From the NCBI GenBank assembly GCA_002269645.1, contig NIVC01000106.1, positions 124,001-188,000 on the forward strand: a stretch of DNA of 64,000 nt, given 5' to 3'. Position 1 is the stretch's first letter. Each line of letters starts with the position of its first letter. This DNA comes from Macrostomum lignano. Taxonomy: Eukaryota. Of this stretch, positions 1 through 12,620 are shown in pieces. The translations under genes were made by a program, and so were the position numbers. The notes beneath the pieces are model-generated. The model worked only from the letters and a program-made list of their open reading frames with translations. It searched no databases and was not told the origin of the DNA.

Positions 1-456
1 AAAGTCTTCGACAACATCCCCAACCCGCCAACCCGGCCGGGAACAATGCCTGCTTCTTCTGCAACAACTTCGGCTGCTGCTTCTGCTTCTGGTGTCCTGT
101 TTGCTGCTGGCGGAGCTTCAATGCCGCTGCCGCCTCCGCCGCCTCCGCCGCCGCCGCCTCCGCCACCACCGTCGCTGCCTCTGGACTTCAGCGGTCTGTA
201 CAGTCAGTATGCCGCTCTGGCGCTCCTGGCCAATCAGCTGAGAGCAACTTCGACTTTGCCTCCGCTGCCGGGGCTGCCGCCGCTGCCTCCGCTGGCGTCG
301 CAGCTTCAACAGCAGCTGCATCAGATACAGCAGCAGCAGCAGCAGCAGCTACAGTACACAGAAGCCATCACCGTGACAACAGCAACTGCCATTGATGCAA
401 CCAATTCAACAACTTCATCGCCATCGGAGTCGCCTAATTCAACCAAGACGAGATGA
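1..456 (+). CDS. 3' fragment (terminal exon) of an unidentified Pro/Gln/Ala/Ser-rich protein
   Basis: Frame is open from base 1 (KVFDNIPNPPTRPGTMPA...) to TGA at 454-456. It is GC-rich with polyP and polyQ tracts like the other exons here and is followed by AT-rich UTR-like DNA. No family recognised. Confidence 0.6.
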   Translation, partial: KVFDNIPNPPTRPGTMPASSATTSAAASASGVLFAAGGASMPLPPPPPPPPPPPPPPSLPLDFSGLYSQYAALALLANQLRATSTLPPLPGLPPLPPLASQLQQQLHQIQQQQQQQLQYTEAITVTTATAIDATNSTTSSPSESPNSTKTR

Positions 457-602
457 AACTGTAAAAACAAGAAATTTAATTGAATTTGCTGGCGTAATTG
501 ATTGCAAAATATTTCTGTTTTATCTGCAAATTTGTTTGTTATTTACTTCAAAATAATGATAGCTATAGAGTAGATTCTGGGTGACAGTGGGACAGAAAGT
601 CC

Positions 603-1170
603 ACGGAAAGTAGGGGCGGAAAGTAGGGATGGAAAGTAGGGGCGGAAAGTAGGGGCGGAAAGTAGGGGCGGAAAGTAGGGGCGGAAAGTAGGGGCGGAAA
701 GTAGGGGCGGAAAGTAGGGGCGGAAAGTAGGGGCGGAAAATAGGAATGGAAAGTAGGGGCGGAAAGTAGGGGCGGAAAATAGGGGCGGAAATTAGGGGCG
801 GAAAGTAGGGGCGGAAAGTAGGGGCGGAAAGTAGGGGCGGAAAGTAGGGGCGGAAAGTAGGGGTGGAAAGTAGGGGCGGAAAGTAGGGGCGGAAAATAGG
901 GGCGGAAATTAGGGGCGGAAAGTAGGGGCGGAAAGTAGGGGCGGAAAGTAGGGGTGGAAAGTAGGGGCGGAAATTAGGGACGGAAAGTAGGGGCGGAAAG
1001 TAGGGGCGAAAAGTAGGGGCGGAAAGTAGGGGCGAAAAGTATGGTGACAGAGGGGCGGAAATAGGGGTGGATTTTTGACAAGGGGTGGGAAATAGTGACA
1101 GAGATGGCAAGGTGACAGTGGGAGTCGGAATAGGGGCGGAAATAGGGGCGGAAACAGGGGGCGGATACCT
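603..1170. repeat. 13-bp minisatellite (AGTAGGGGCGGAA)n, about 40 copies
   Basis: Visible tandem periodicity of 13. Confidence 0.95.
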
Positions 1171-1920
1171 AATTATAGTGACTATAACAGTCACAGTGAG
1201 TGCAGACTGCAACTACAAGCAATTACTAAAAATATGATAGTTGTAGATCTTCATAGCATCAGCTCCCACTGTTTACACTTGCACTAAGGTTTCTTTTTCT
1301 GTCTGCAATTGCAAAGCAACTGTTGCTAGCGTTGTTGACTTTACTTTTACTTAATTTTCTGTTCTGTACACTCATGCCTTCTACTGCCTATAGTTGTTAG
1401 TTGGTGTTGCCCTGCATTCGTGTTGATATACCAGGGTACTATATAATCTATAGTATAGTTTTAGCAACACAGCTTATTTATAAGAAGTTTCTTTTTTAAA
1501 CAAAAATTTGTCACCCATGTCGCTTATGCCTATAATTGCACCTTGACTTCCTTCCGTCTGTCGAGCTACTGCTTCTACCTAATCATAATCATATTCGAAT
1601 TATAACATAAGACCTTTATTCGAACCCAATTGTCGAAGTTGAAGTCTGCTTATTTCCATCATCAAGTGCTGGCCCTAGTGCAGCTTCTATTAATTATATT
1701 GACTCTATTTAAGTTGAGCTTAGTCTGACAAAAATAATCTCAATTCACTGAACTGTTTATACCAAATATGATACATTCTAACACTAATATTTAGATTTGC
1801 CAATTTCAATTTTGGTCGCACTTCATTGGAACTGTGCGAAATTTCAGCATGTTTTGACTTTGTTTGACTAAAGTGCATTGGTGCGAACGCATCTAGATGC
1901 AGTAAAGTATCCAGATGCGC

Positions 1921-2735
1921 CCTCCGTTCACACAGAATTCCATCTGTTCACACAGAATCTTATCTGTTAACACAAAATCCCATCTGTTCACACAGAATCT
2001 TATCTGTTAACACAAAATCCCATCTGTTCACACAGAATACCCTCCGTTCACACAGAATCCTATCTGTTCACACCGAATACCCTCCGTTCACACAGAATAC
2101 CCTCCACTCACACAGAATACCCTCTGTTCACACAGAATCCCATCTGTTCATACAGAATTCCATCTGCTCTCACAGAATTCCATCTGTTCACACAGAATCC
2201 CATCTGTTCACACTAAATACCCTCCGTTCACACAGAATCCCATCTGTTCACACTAAATACCCTCCGTTCACACAGAATACCCTCCACTCACACAGAATAC
2301 CCTCTGTTCACACAGAATCCCATCTGTTCACACAGAATTCCATCTGCTCTCACAGAATTCCATCTGTTCACACAGAATCCCATCTGTTCACACTAAATAC
2401 CCTCCGTTCACACAGAATACCCTCCATTCACACAGAATACCCTCTGTTCACACAGAATCCCATCTGTTCACACAGAATCCCACCTGTTCACACAGAATCC
2501 CATCAGTTCACACAAAATCTTATCTGTTCATACAGAATCCTCTCCGTTCCCACAGAATCCCATCTGTTCACACAGAATCCCATCTGTTCACACAGAATCC
2601 CATCTGTTCATACAGAATCCTCTCCGTTCACACGGAATCCCATCTGTTCACACGGAATCTCATCTGTTCACACATAATCCACTCCAATTATAAAAAATTC
2701 CCTACATTCACACAGCGCCTCAGTCATTCACACAG
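1921..2735. repeat. 20-bp minisatellite (CATCTGTTCACACAGAATCC)n
   Basis: Visible tandem units with variants; a roughly 180-bp higher-order block recurs. Confidence 0.95.
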
Positions 2736-3406
2736 CACCCTCCTTCCACTTTTCACTATTATTCACCGTTTTAAAAATAGTTATCTTTCTAAAAATAGAT
2801 TGACAAGCTGAATTTCGCAAATTCCAAACACAAACTTTATAAGTTTACTAGGCACTAAAAAAAGTTCCAGATAAGGTTTTGATGAATAATTAAACTAAAA
2901 CTTTCACACCTTGCCATTGATTATCGCTAATAAAAAAGAAGAAGTCACGACGAGACCATTCTTGTATTATTTGGGCATAATGATGATTAAAAAGAAGACA
3001 TTTCACGCTGTTCCCAAAGACACACACACACCGAGGGTGTTTACACAGATGTTTACACAGAGTTTACACAGATGCCCCAATTCATAGCGAGGCCAACACC
3101 TTTTAGCAGTCGCACGGCTGTCTTTCGCACCTTATTAAATGTTTTCTCTGTTTGGGCGGGCTAATTCGATTTCCATATAAGTTTATCTGCTTGTGAAAAC
3201 TATATTTAAACAAACACTGTTATGTTGTGCAGTGGAAGCTGCATTCCAGTGTGTGGCCCCTTTTTAGTTGCGTATAGGCTGGTCGAATTTATATATTAAT
3301 ATTAAACAAAATTATATGTTGTAATCTCTAAGAAAAAATTGTTTTACTTAGATAGTTCATTTGGTATTAAAAGGATAATTTAGTCAATTTGAGCTAGAGG
3401 AAGAAA

Positions 3407-3850
3407 GGTGAGAGAGATGAGGGAGAGAGATGAGGGAGAGAGATGATGGAGAGAGATGAGGGAGAGAGATGAGGGAGAGAGATAAGGGAGAGAGATGAGG
3501 GAGGGAGATGAGGGAGGGAGATGAGGGAGAGAGATGATGGAGAGAGATGATGGAGAGAGATGAGGTAGAGAGATGAGGGAGAGAGGTGAGGGAGAGAGGT
3601 GAGGGAGAGAGGTGAGGGAGAGAGATAAGGGAGAGAGACAAGGGAGAGAGACAAGGGAGAGAGGTGAGGGAGAGAGATGAGGGAGAGAGGTGAGGGAGAG
3701 AGATAAGGGAGAGAGACAAGGGAGAGAGACAAGGGAGAGAGACAAGGGAGAGAGACAAGGGAGAGAGACAAGGGAGAGAGACAAGGGAGAGAGACAAGGG
3801 AGAGAGACAAGGGAGAGAGATGAGGGAGAGAGATGAGGGAGAGTGGTGAG
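3407..3850. repeat. GA-rich 13-14 bp tandem repeat (GAGGGAGAGAGAT / CAAGGGAGAGAGA)
   Basis: Purine-only tandem units; source of the spurious ORFs at 3380-3916. Confidence 0.9.
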
Positions 3851-4639
3851 GAAGAGAAGCATTTCACGTTTCCCTAATAGGCAATATATAAAAATTGACC
3901 GAATAATGTTGAACAAAGAGTGGGCAGGCTCTGAATGAAAGTTGAAATTCCATAACCGGAGCCGTAGCTAAGCTGGAACAGAAGGCGCAGTGCTAATGCG
4001 AAGCGAGAGTTGAGTCTATTTGTCTAAATGCCTTGGCGTCACACCTGCGAGTGGCCAAGTTCACACAGGCGCCTCCCACAGCCTACAAACAGAAAGTTGC
4101 TCTGATGTCATTGGGGGTAGGGTTGGGCAAACAGTTTATGCAGAGAGAGATAGCATACAGACACAAACATTACACATTCGTCAGGAATTGAGCAGTTAAA
4201 GTCACCGTTTTTTTTGTGCGTGACTGCGTGTTGAACATCCAACCTTATATACGGTTCGTGTTGAAAGACTCAGCATTATATATATATATATGCTAGCTTT
4301 GTCTATTTAGTTTGCAGAGTCTCCAATTTCTCAAACCCGTCTGGGCGTTTGTCTCCGCCTAGCACCTTGAGCTCGTGTTTGTCTGTTTGTGTAAGTCGCC
4401 TTTCAAATAATTCCCTACTAGATAGCGCCTCCCTTATGCCGCTCGCGCAAACTTTCCTGAGTTGGAATCATGTGCTCAAAATTTTTGAATGCAATTTTTA
4501 CTGAGGATTGGAGAGCCTTTGTGTCCGGCTTCTTGGCTGGGGCGGGGGTATCTGCTTTCACTGTTGCTTGAGCGTGTGCTCGAGTGTCTGCTTCTGCAAA
4601 ATGTGTTCTACTCAAGCAAAATCTAATCAGTGGGCTCAA

Positions 4640-6160
4640 TGTGTTAGATACTGGCTACTATTGTGTTAAATACTGGCTGCTACTGTGTTAGATACTGGCT
4701 ACTATTGTGTTAGATACTGGCTGCTACTGTGTTAGATACTGGCTGCTACTGTGTTAGATACTGGCTGCTACTGTGTTAGATACTGGCTGCTACTGTGTTA
4801 GATACTGGCTGCTACTGTGTTAGATACTGGCTGCTACTGTGTTAGATACTGGCTGCTACTGTGTTAGATACTGGCTGCTACTGTGTTAGATACTGGCTGC
4901 TACTGTGTTAGATTCTGGCTGCTACTGTGTTAGATACTGGTTGCTACTGTGTTAGATACTGGCTGCTACTGTGTTAGATACTGGCTGCTACTGTGTTAGA
5001 TACTGGCTGCTACTGTGTTAGATACTGGTTGCTACTGTGTTAGATACTGGTTGCTACTGTGTTAGATACTGGCTGCTACTGTGTTAGATACTGGCTGCTA
5101 CTGTGTTAGATACTGGTTGCTACTGTGTTAGATACTGGCTGCTACTGTGTTAGATACTGGCTGCTACTGTGTTAGATACTGGCTGCTACTGTGTCAGATA
5201 CTGGCTGCTACTGTGTTAGATACTGATTGCTACTGTGTTAGATACTGGTTGCTACTGTGTTAGATACTGGCTGCTACTGTGTTAGATACTGGCTGCTACT
5301 GTGTTAGATACTGGCTGCTACTGTGTTAGATACTGGTTGCTACTGTGTTAGATACTGGCTGCTACTGTGTTAGATACTGGCTGCTACTGTGTTAGATACT
5401 GGCTGCTACTGTGTTAGATACTGGTTGCTACTGTGTTAGATACTGGCTGCTACTGTGTTAGATACTGGCTGCTACTGTGTTAGATACTGGCTGCTACTGT
5501 GTTAGATACTGGTTGCTACTGTGTTAGATACTGGCTGCTACTGTGTTAGATACTGGCTGCTACTGTGTTAGATACTGGCTGCTACTGTGTCAGATACTGG
5601 CTGCTACTGTGTTAGATACTGGCTGCTACTGTGTTAGATACTGGTTGCTACTGTGTTAGATACTGGCTGCTACTGTGTTAGATACTGGCTGCTACTGTGT
5701 TAGATACTGGCTGCTACTGTGTTAGATACTGGTTGCTACTGTGTTAGATACTGGCTGCTACTGTGTTAGATACTGGCTGCTACTGTGTTAGATACTGGCT
5801 GCTACTGTGTTAGATACTGGCTGCTACTGTGTTAGATACTGGCTGCTACTGTGTTAGATTCTGGCTGCTACTGTGTTAGATACTGGCTGCTACTGTGTTA
5901 GATACTGGCTGCTACTGTGTTAGATACTGGCTGCTACTGTGTTAGATACTGGCTGCTACTGTGTTAGATACTGGCTGCTACTGTGTTAGATACTGATTGC
6001 TACTGTTTTAGATACTGGCTGCTACTGTGTTAGATACTGGCTGCTACTGTGTTAGATACTGGCTGCTACTGTGTTAGATACTGATTGCTACTGTTTTAGA
6101 TACTGGCTGCTACTGTGTTAGATACTGGCTGCTACTGTGTTAGATACTGGCTGCTACTTT
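4640..6160. repeat. 22-bp minisatellite (TGTGTTAGATACTGGCTGCTAC)n, about 69 copies
   Basis: Highly homogeneous tandem array. Confidence 0.97.
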
Positions 6161-6682
6161 GTCAGTCATCAGGCACCCACAATGTTTGGGTCTCACTGTC
6201 ATATATGTCTCAACTCGCAAGCAACTTGAAATCAATAAATTTGCACAAAATACTGCAATATGTTAGTTTATTTTTTGTAAAACTATTCAAAATATTTTCT
6301 GCAATTTTAAACCGAAATACGTAAAAACCTAAACGAACTTTGAAATCTTGAAACTTTTCTAAGGCTAGTCAGTAAAATTTAGTCGAGGGAACTTCCCAGA
6401 AGTTACTATTCTAACAAATTTAAACTGGCGAATGTTTAAACCGAGCTTTGAACATTCTGCAGTGCGGCCACTGCGATTGCGTGGGCGGAGGCGAAAGCTG
6501 ATATTAACAGATTCAAGACTTGTTTTTAGCGCTCTCTGCTATCAAACAAGATTAAAGCTCAAATTCTATATTATGTTCATAGCAGATCCGCATTGCAATT
6601 GGCCTGGTGGGCAATTCTTAGAATATAATAATCAATTTCTGAGGCCAGCATGATCAGCGGTGCGATTCTAATTAAACTTTTG

Positions 6683-6951
<269 letters not shown>

Positions 6952-7659
6952 TCATACTGAATGTTGATAGGGTGCGGAGTGAACGGTGAGAATCGCAACA
7001 GCTACCGAACTGCAATTAAGCCATAATGAGCTAAATTTGGCATCTTTGTCAGCCTACAGTCCAACAAGCGATCGATTCAGTTTACAAACTGCATACTGAA
7101 CTTGCTGCCAATTTCGAAATAAGGTAGAAAAACACAGAACTAGACGGCGCTTCTGTCTAAAGGGTCAAGTGGTTTAATTAATCAAGAGCTTAAGGCGAAT
7201 AATATAATATTAATTCAAGATAATATATAGCATAGAATTATATTAGCTTCATCAGGTAAGAGGTCAAACCACAACCAAGTGAGAGGATATAATTGAAATT
7301 ACAAAAAATTATCAAATACTAGATTATTGAGGAAATCCGTTTTATTACACGGCAAATATATTTTGAATAAACTACAGATTGGCTACTTAAATGAGTAGCA
7401 TTAGGGGTTATGGAACGCAAAATTTATAATGTGTTATTATTGAGATAAGAGATTGTTTTGTGGCATTTTGAAGCGAGATTTCAGTTAATTCAAAGCTGAT
7501 TTCAATAAAAGAGGGTTTCTGTCAAAAGCTAAGCAACTCTTTGATACGATAAGTTAAAAGTTCAACTAAGTTTGCAAATTAAAACTAACTGTAGCTGAAA
7601 ACTTTGCCTAGACTAGAATATTGTTACAGTATGAAATTGGGGCTAGATATCTATTAGAG

Positions 7660-8290
7660 ATCCATTAGAAACGGATTAGAAATGAATTAGAAGTGGATTA
7701 GCAACACGATAGAAACCAATTAGAAACCCGTTAGAAACCCATTAAAACATATTAGAAAATCATGAAAAACCCATTAGCAAACCATTAGTAAACGGTTAAA
7801 GACCCATTAGCAACCCATTAGAAAGCCGATTAAAAACTAAACCCCATAAACCCTCTAAACCCGATTAGAAACCCATTAAGAAAACATTAGAAACCCATAA
7901 GAAACCAATTAGAAACCCATTAGCAACCCATTAGCAACCCAATAGGAACCCATTAGAAACCCATTAGAACCCCAATTAGAAACCCATTAAAAAAGCCATT
8001 AAAAACGGAATTTGAAACCCTATTAGAAACTCATTAGAAAAACCCATTAGGAATTCATTAGAAACCAATTAAAAACCCACTAGAAACTTAATTAGAAAAC
8101 AAATTAAAAAATCATTAGAACCAATTAGAAACTCATTAGAAACTCATTAGAAACCAATTAGAAACTCATTAAAAACTCATTAGAGACCAATTAGAAACCC
8201 AATTAGACATCCATTAGAAAACCCATTAGAAATTTATTAGAATCGATTAGAAATATATTAGAAAAAACTGTTAGAGATACAAATTAGAAA
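7660..8290. repeat. Degenerate ~11-bp tandem repeat (GAAACCCATTA)n
   Basis: Recurring TTAGAAAC(C/T)CA motif with many substitutions. Confidence 0.85.
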
Positions 8291-8464
8291 TCTATATGAG
8301 ATTGAACAGTTCCATCGTAGAAACGCAGTGTTCTATCGTTCCCCTTCAAGTGGTCCTTGATATGCACTCTTATTCCCAGTGATCCCCGTGCATCAGCACT
8401 GCAAAGCAAAATGAGTCGCATTTCAGTGTCTGTCACCTCGAAGGCTCAACCCACAACAGTTCGC

Positions 8465-11370
8465 TCAGAGCTCTTCCCTGGCCGAGTGCGCCCCGGACGG
8501 AGCGAATGCCTGCTCAGCACTCATGGACATCCTGGCCGCCGGATCAACCGCTTCAGTGGCGGGGGCGGCCTCGTCGTCTTCGGCATCGCGAACGTCGTCA
8601 GTAGCCCGCGATTCCGTGTCAGCCGTGAAGGCGCGACTGCTGTGCGGCCTGCGCTCCCTGTTTGCTGAATAGGTCTTGCCGTGGTACACCTGGTCGACAA
8701 AGTTGAACACCTGCGTGGCCGGCTGCCAGGGTTGCCGAGGCTCCACCGACTTCCCATCGGTCAGCTGGTTGTTAACCGCCTTCTCCAGCCAGTCGGCCGC
8801 GCGCTGTGACAGCTCAGAGCGAGCCACTTTGCCCAGCGGCAGTCTGTGGATGAGCCTATTGCTGGAGCCCGCAGGCCTTGTCAAAGCAACCAAAGCTGGC
8901 AGATTCAGACCCGAGAGCTGGTGCACCAGATCGTTCAGATGGCTAAAGTGGCGCAGGTTCATGTGGCAGACGGTGGCTCGACCGGTGAACTTGGCTCGGA
9001 GGTGCTCCAGCATGTCGGCGCTTTCGTTCTGGTTGTCAACGTGGAACAGAATCGCTAACGGACGGTTGCGTTTTAGCGCCGATGGCAGGTACACCCAGGT
9101 GCAGGGGAACACGGAGTCCAGGTGATTGTTCTCAACATAGTTGGCCAGCTCTGTAGCATCGTCCAGGGAGCCGCTGTACGGACTCACGCTTGGCTTGGCG
9201 TCTCGGTGGACGGCGGTCAACGTACCTTTGTCTTTGTTGTTCTTCTCGTGAACAAAGACTTCACGGAATCGATTGGACTTGGCGAAGACTGCCAATTTGG
9301 TAGGCAATTCGGCGCCTCGATACACGAATGCGCGCGGTTTTAGGGAGATGATCTGTTTCAAAACCTGCTGCGTCTCCTGCTCGGAGCTGGTTGGAACGAC
9401 AGGCGGCTCGAAGGCGAGCTTCGTGTACAAGCACAGATCATCAGAGACAATCGGGCCCGAGTAGGTGTTCAGCTGGATGCCCCTGCTGAACATGGCAATC
9501 GTGGGATAGGAAAGGACGCCCAGCTTCTGGCAGATTTCGTTGCCCTCAAAGCAGTCGATCTTGACTAGTTGAACATCCGGGAAGCCAGTCGTCTGGCGCA
9601 GTCGCCAACGGAGGCCCAGATAGATCGGGCAGCCTTGCACAGCGGGCTCCAGGACACGGTGAACAAAACCATCCACGGCTTGTCTTTACCGGCTAATTCG
9701 AAAAAATTGCTCATTAACTTATCGTCAGATTCAACGACTAAAACGCCCGAGACATTGTAAATATCCCTGAATTTCAGCTGCTCAACGAAGGCATCTGTTT
9801 GATTGCTGACTCGAATCTCGTCTACTAAATCTTTTGTGTCTTCGTCCGCTCGGGCCATTTCGCCGGAGATGTGGCCGCTTTTAATCAACTTTTCAGGCAG
9901 CTCAGCCACGTCGGTATTGAAGACTTCTCGAGATGACTGGATAATGATCTGGTAGCTGCCCTCCTGAGCTATATGGCGCACAGTTGAGTCCAAAGTTGCA
10001 ATCGGTTCGTCATTTTTGAGCACAGCAAACGCCCCATTGGGAAATCGCATGAAGTAGCAGGGTCGCTCGAATACCTCCTGCAAGTTTAAGCCAGTGTCAA
10101 CGTCCTTCAGAATCTGCAGAGCCGTGGCCTTGTTGAGAACAACAGGATAGTAAGTTATGCTGAAGGACGAGCCCAGATATGACGTCAACGAGTCCATCAT
10201 CTCCAGGCTGATCATCGGATCTGTGAGAAGTTCGTCTACTGGCATGACAGCCAAAACGTATGAAGCTGTACTGTGAACAAAGTCGCTGAGCTCACTAACT
10301 GCAGTAGACTTGAATGTCGGATACGAAGTGCCTGGCAATGAATGGGTGGCCAACACTCCGTGCAGCAAGAATGCAGAATATTGCTCAGGAACGAGCATCT
10401 CGTTAGCGATCTTCATTAATGGTTTACAACTGAAAGCCCACTTGGCATCTGACGAGCAGATTTGTCTCGTGTACAACGCTAGAAAGCTTTCATGCTCTCG
10501 AATCTTCCATCGGTACAGAGGTCGATCAGCCTCCTGTTCGATGTAGCTCAAAGGAGTGGCTATGATGTGGAAAGCGAAGCTCGATTTCAGGGTTAATGCC
10601 GCCTCCAGGAACCAAGCCAACTGTTGGTAATAAGCCAGGTTTTTTACCGGGCCAGCAGAGAACACGGCTACAGGTAGAGTTGCACCAGAAGTCAACTGCT
10701 TGCCATTGGAATCATCCAGCTCCGACTGGATGAGATACTCGGTACCAGTGGAAGTAGTCAGTCGCAGCTCGCCCAGCTCTTTAGCAATGTAGGCCTGCCG
10801 TTCGACCATTCGGAAATGCACGTACTGCAGCATGTTGAGCAGAGTGGTAGGACGCTCTTTCTCTTTGTTTTCAATCAGCGAACAGCCGAAATTCTGCGAA
10901 CAGTGGCCGCTGATTAGGAATACGAATTTGCTAACGTATCCACCTGTGCAGGCAATGCGCAGTCGTTGACACGCTGAATTGGCCGATTTCAGGCACTTTG
11001 TAACGCCAATGTACGAGTTGTGGCGCTCCATTTCGCTGGCAATCTCAAGGGCTGGATTGTTTGGCACAGTCAGTTCTTCCATGAACTCGCTATGAGCAAA
11101 GATCAATACGGTGACGCGGCTCATGAAGGTGTCCAGCGATTGGTCCTGCTCCTGCGCCCGACGCGCAAAATGCTGGATGATGGAACAGTTTCTTGCCGGC
11201 TTGCTGGCATCTTCTTTGTTAGCCGCTAGACAGGACGGCAGCTGGATGCCCTCCAAGATGGAGCGAAACTCTTCTCCGTCGCAAAAGTTCTTCTTGACCT
11301 TACTGCCGGCCAACGACTGCACTGCGCTGCCTATTAGAAGAAGCAAAAGCAGTCCGTGATTCAACAGCAT
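8465..11370 (-). CDS. ER-luminal multi-thioredoxin-fold (PDI-family, TXNDC16-like) protein, ~968 aa, intronless, one apparent frameshift at 9579-9581
   Basis: ATG at 11370 starts a signal peptide (MLLNHGLLLLLLIGSAVQSLAG). Trx-like segment KPWMVLFTVSWSPLCK continues in the other frame as PDVQLVKIDCFEG...LGVLSYPTIAMF. C-terminal REEL resembles a KDEL-type retrieval signal. ORFs 9565-11418 and 8465-9676 join if one base is added. Confidence 0.75.
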
Positions 11371-12384
11371 TTTTGCTTGAACCGATTTGAATCCCAATTC
11401 AAATGTCGTAACGCGCAACAGGAAATATTTAAGCCAATGAGTTTTACTTATGTTTCCTTAGACTAATATTTGCTGCTGCTGCTGCTGCTGCTGCTGCGAT
11501 CACTGCGTGTCAAGCCAACTCGTGCAGATCAGTCAACCCCCAGCTCCAAAACTGCGTTTTCCAGAGAGGGTTGGAGAAGGGGTTGTTGGAGTTTACAGTC
11601 CGAGTCGAGTCAGACTAGAATTTATTAAGATCTGCGGCCCGAAAAATGAGTGCAGAGTGAGGTCGAGGGGTGGAGCGCTTCGCACAGAGACACTACAGCA
11701 AAATGAAAAAGAAAGAAAAATGGAAAGAAAATGCCTTATTTGCGGTTTGAAACACGCGGTAAGAGTTGCAGAGGAAGAGAATATCGTGCAGAGAAGTGTA
11801 TATAGGTACTCGTAAGACAAGTAGCAGTTTGTGTATCAGAGAGATATCTGCGAGCGTACTAGCAAAATGTGTACAAGCTCAGTTATTCAGCCAGCCTGCA
11901 ACCTACCGGCACCCCATTATGGAATTTTGGAAATTGCTAAAATTCTAGCAATACTCAAATAGCTACATGCGTCTCAGGACTCAGCAATAGTTTTTGCGTT
12001 GTAAACTCGGGGCGGGCGTGTAGATGACGGAAGTTATTTGCACTTGGAACTCCTAATGCAAACTCTAGATCTAGTTGCAAACTTTAATGAAATATACATG
12101 CAGAAGACTTCTTATTCTGTTGCAAGATGGATACTTATGGATAAATTAACATGTGTGACTGGTTAGAAAATAAAAATTAAGTGAGGTTCTCGGTTATTTG
12201 GAAATTATGATAAAATCCGCGATACAGCTTAACAAAAGTACGATCGAGGGCATCACGAGCACATAATTCTCAATGGAATCAGCTATGCTTGCAGAGATTT
12301 TAATTAAAAATTCTTCTGTATCTATAAGTGTACACTTGTATTGAGTGGTTATAGATCGGAGTTGAATCTCCAATCAGTAGAGTT

Positions 12385-12620
12385 GGCGCCCCTGGTGCTG
12401 GCGCCCCTGGTGCTGGCGCCCCTGGTGCTGGCGCCCCTGGTGTTGGCGCCCCTGGTGCTGGCGCCCCTGGTGCTGGCGCCCCTGGTGCTGAAGCCCCGGC
12501 CTGGTGCTGGCCGCCCCTAGTGCTAAGGCCCCGGCCTGGTGCTGGCGCCACTAGTGCTAAGGCCCCGGCCTGGTGCTGGCGCCCCTAGTGCTAAAGCTCC
12601 TGGTGCTAAAGCCCCTGGTG
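12385..12620. repeat. 15-bp GC-rich minisatellite (GGCGCCCCTGGTGCT)n
   Basis: Tandem units that degenerate toward the right. Confidence 0.93.

Noticed and set aside
4300-4639. Possible minus-strand exons and the 73-aa ORF
   Set aside because: Splice-like sites exist, but I could not build a consistent model or recognise a protein.
7660-8290. Possible interstitial telomeric repeat
   Set aside because: The unit is about 11 bp (GAAACCCATTA) and does not reduce to TTAGGG-type hexamers.
9579-9581. Programmed -1 ribosomal frameshift in the PDI-like gene
   Set aside because: No X-XXY-YYZ slippery heptamer, and the same G-run contraction pattern occurs four times in the neighbouring gene.
12300-12551. 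GAPAP-repeat ORF
   Set aside because: It is a 15-bp minisatellite translation with a TTG start and no splice or domain support.
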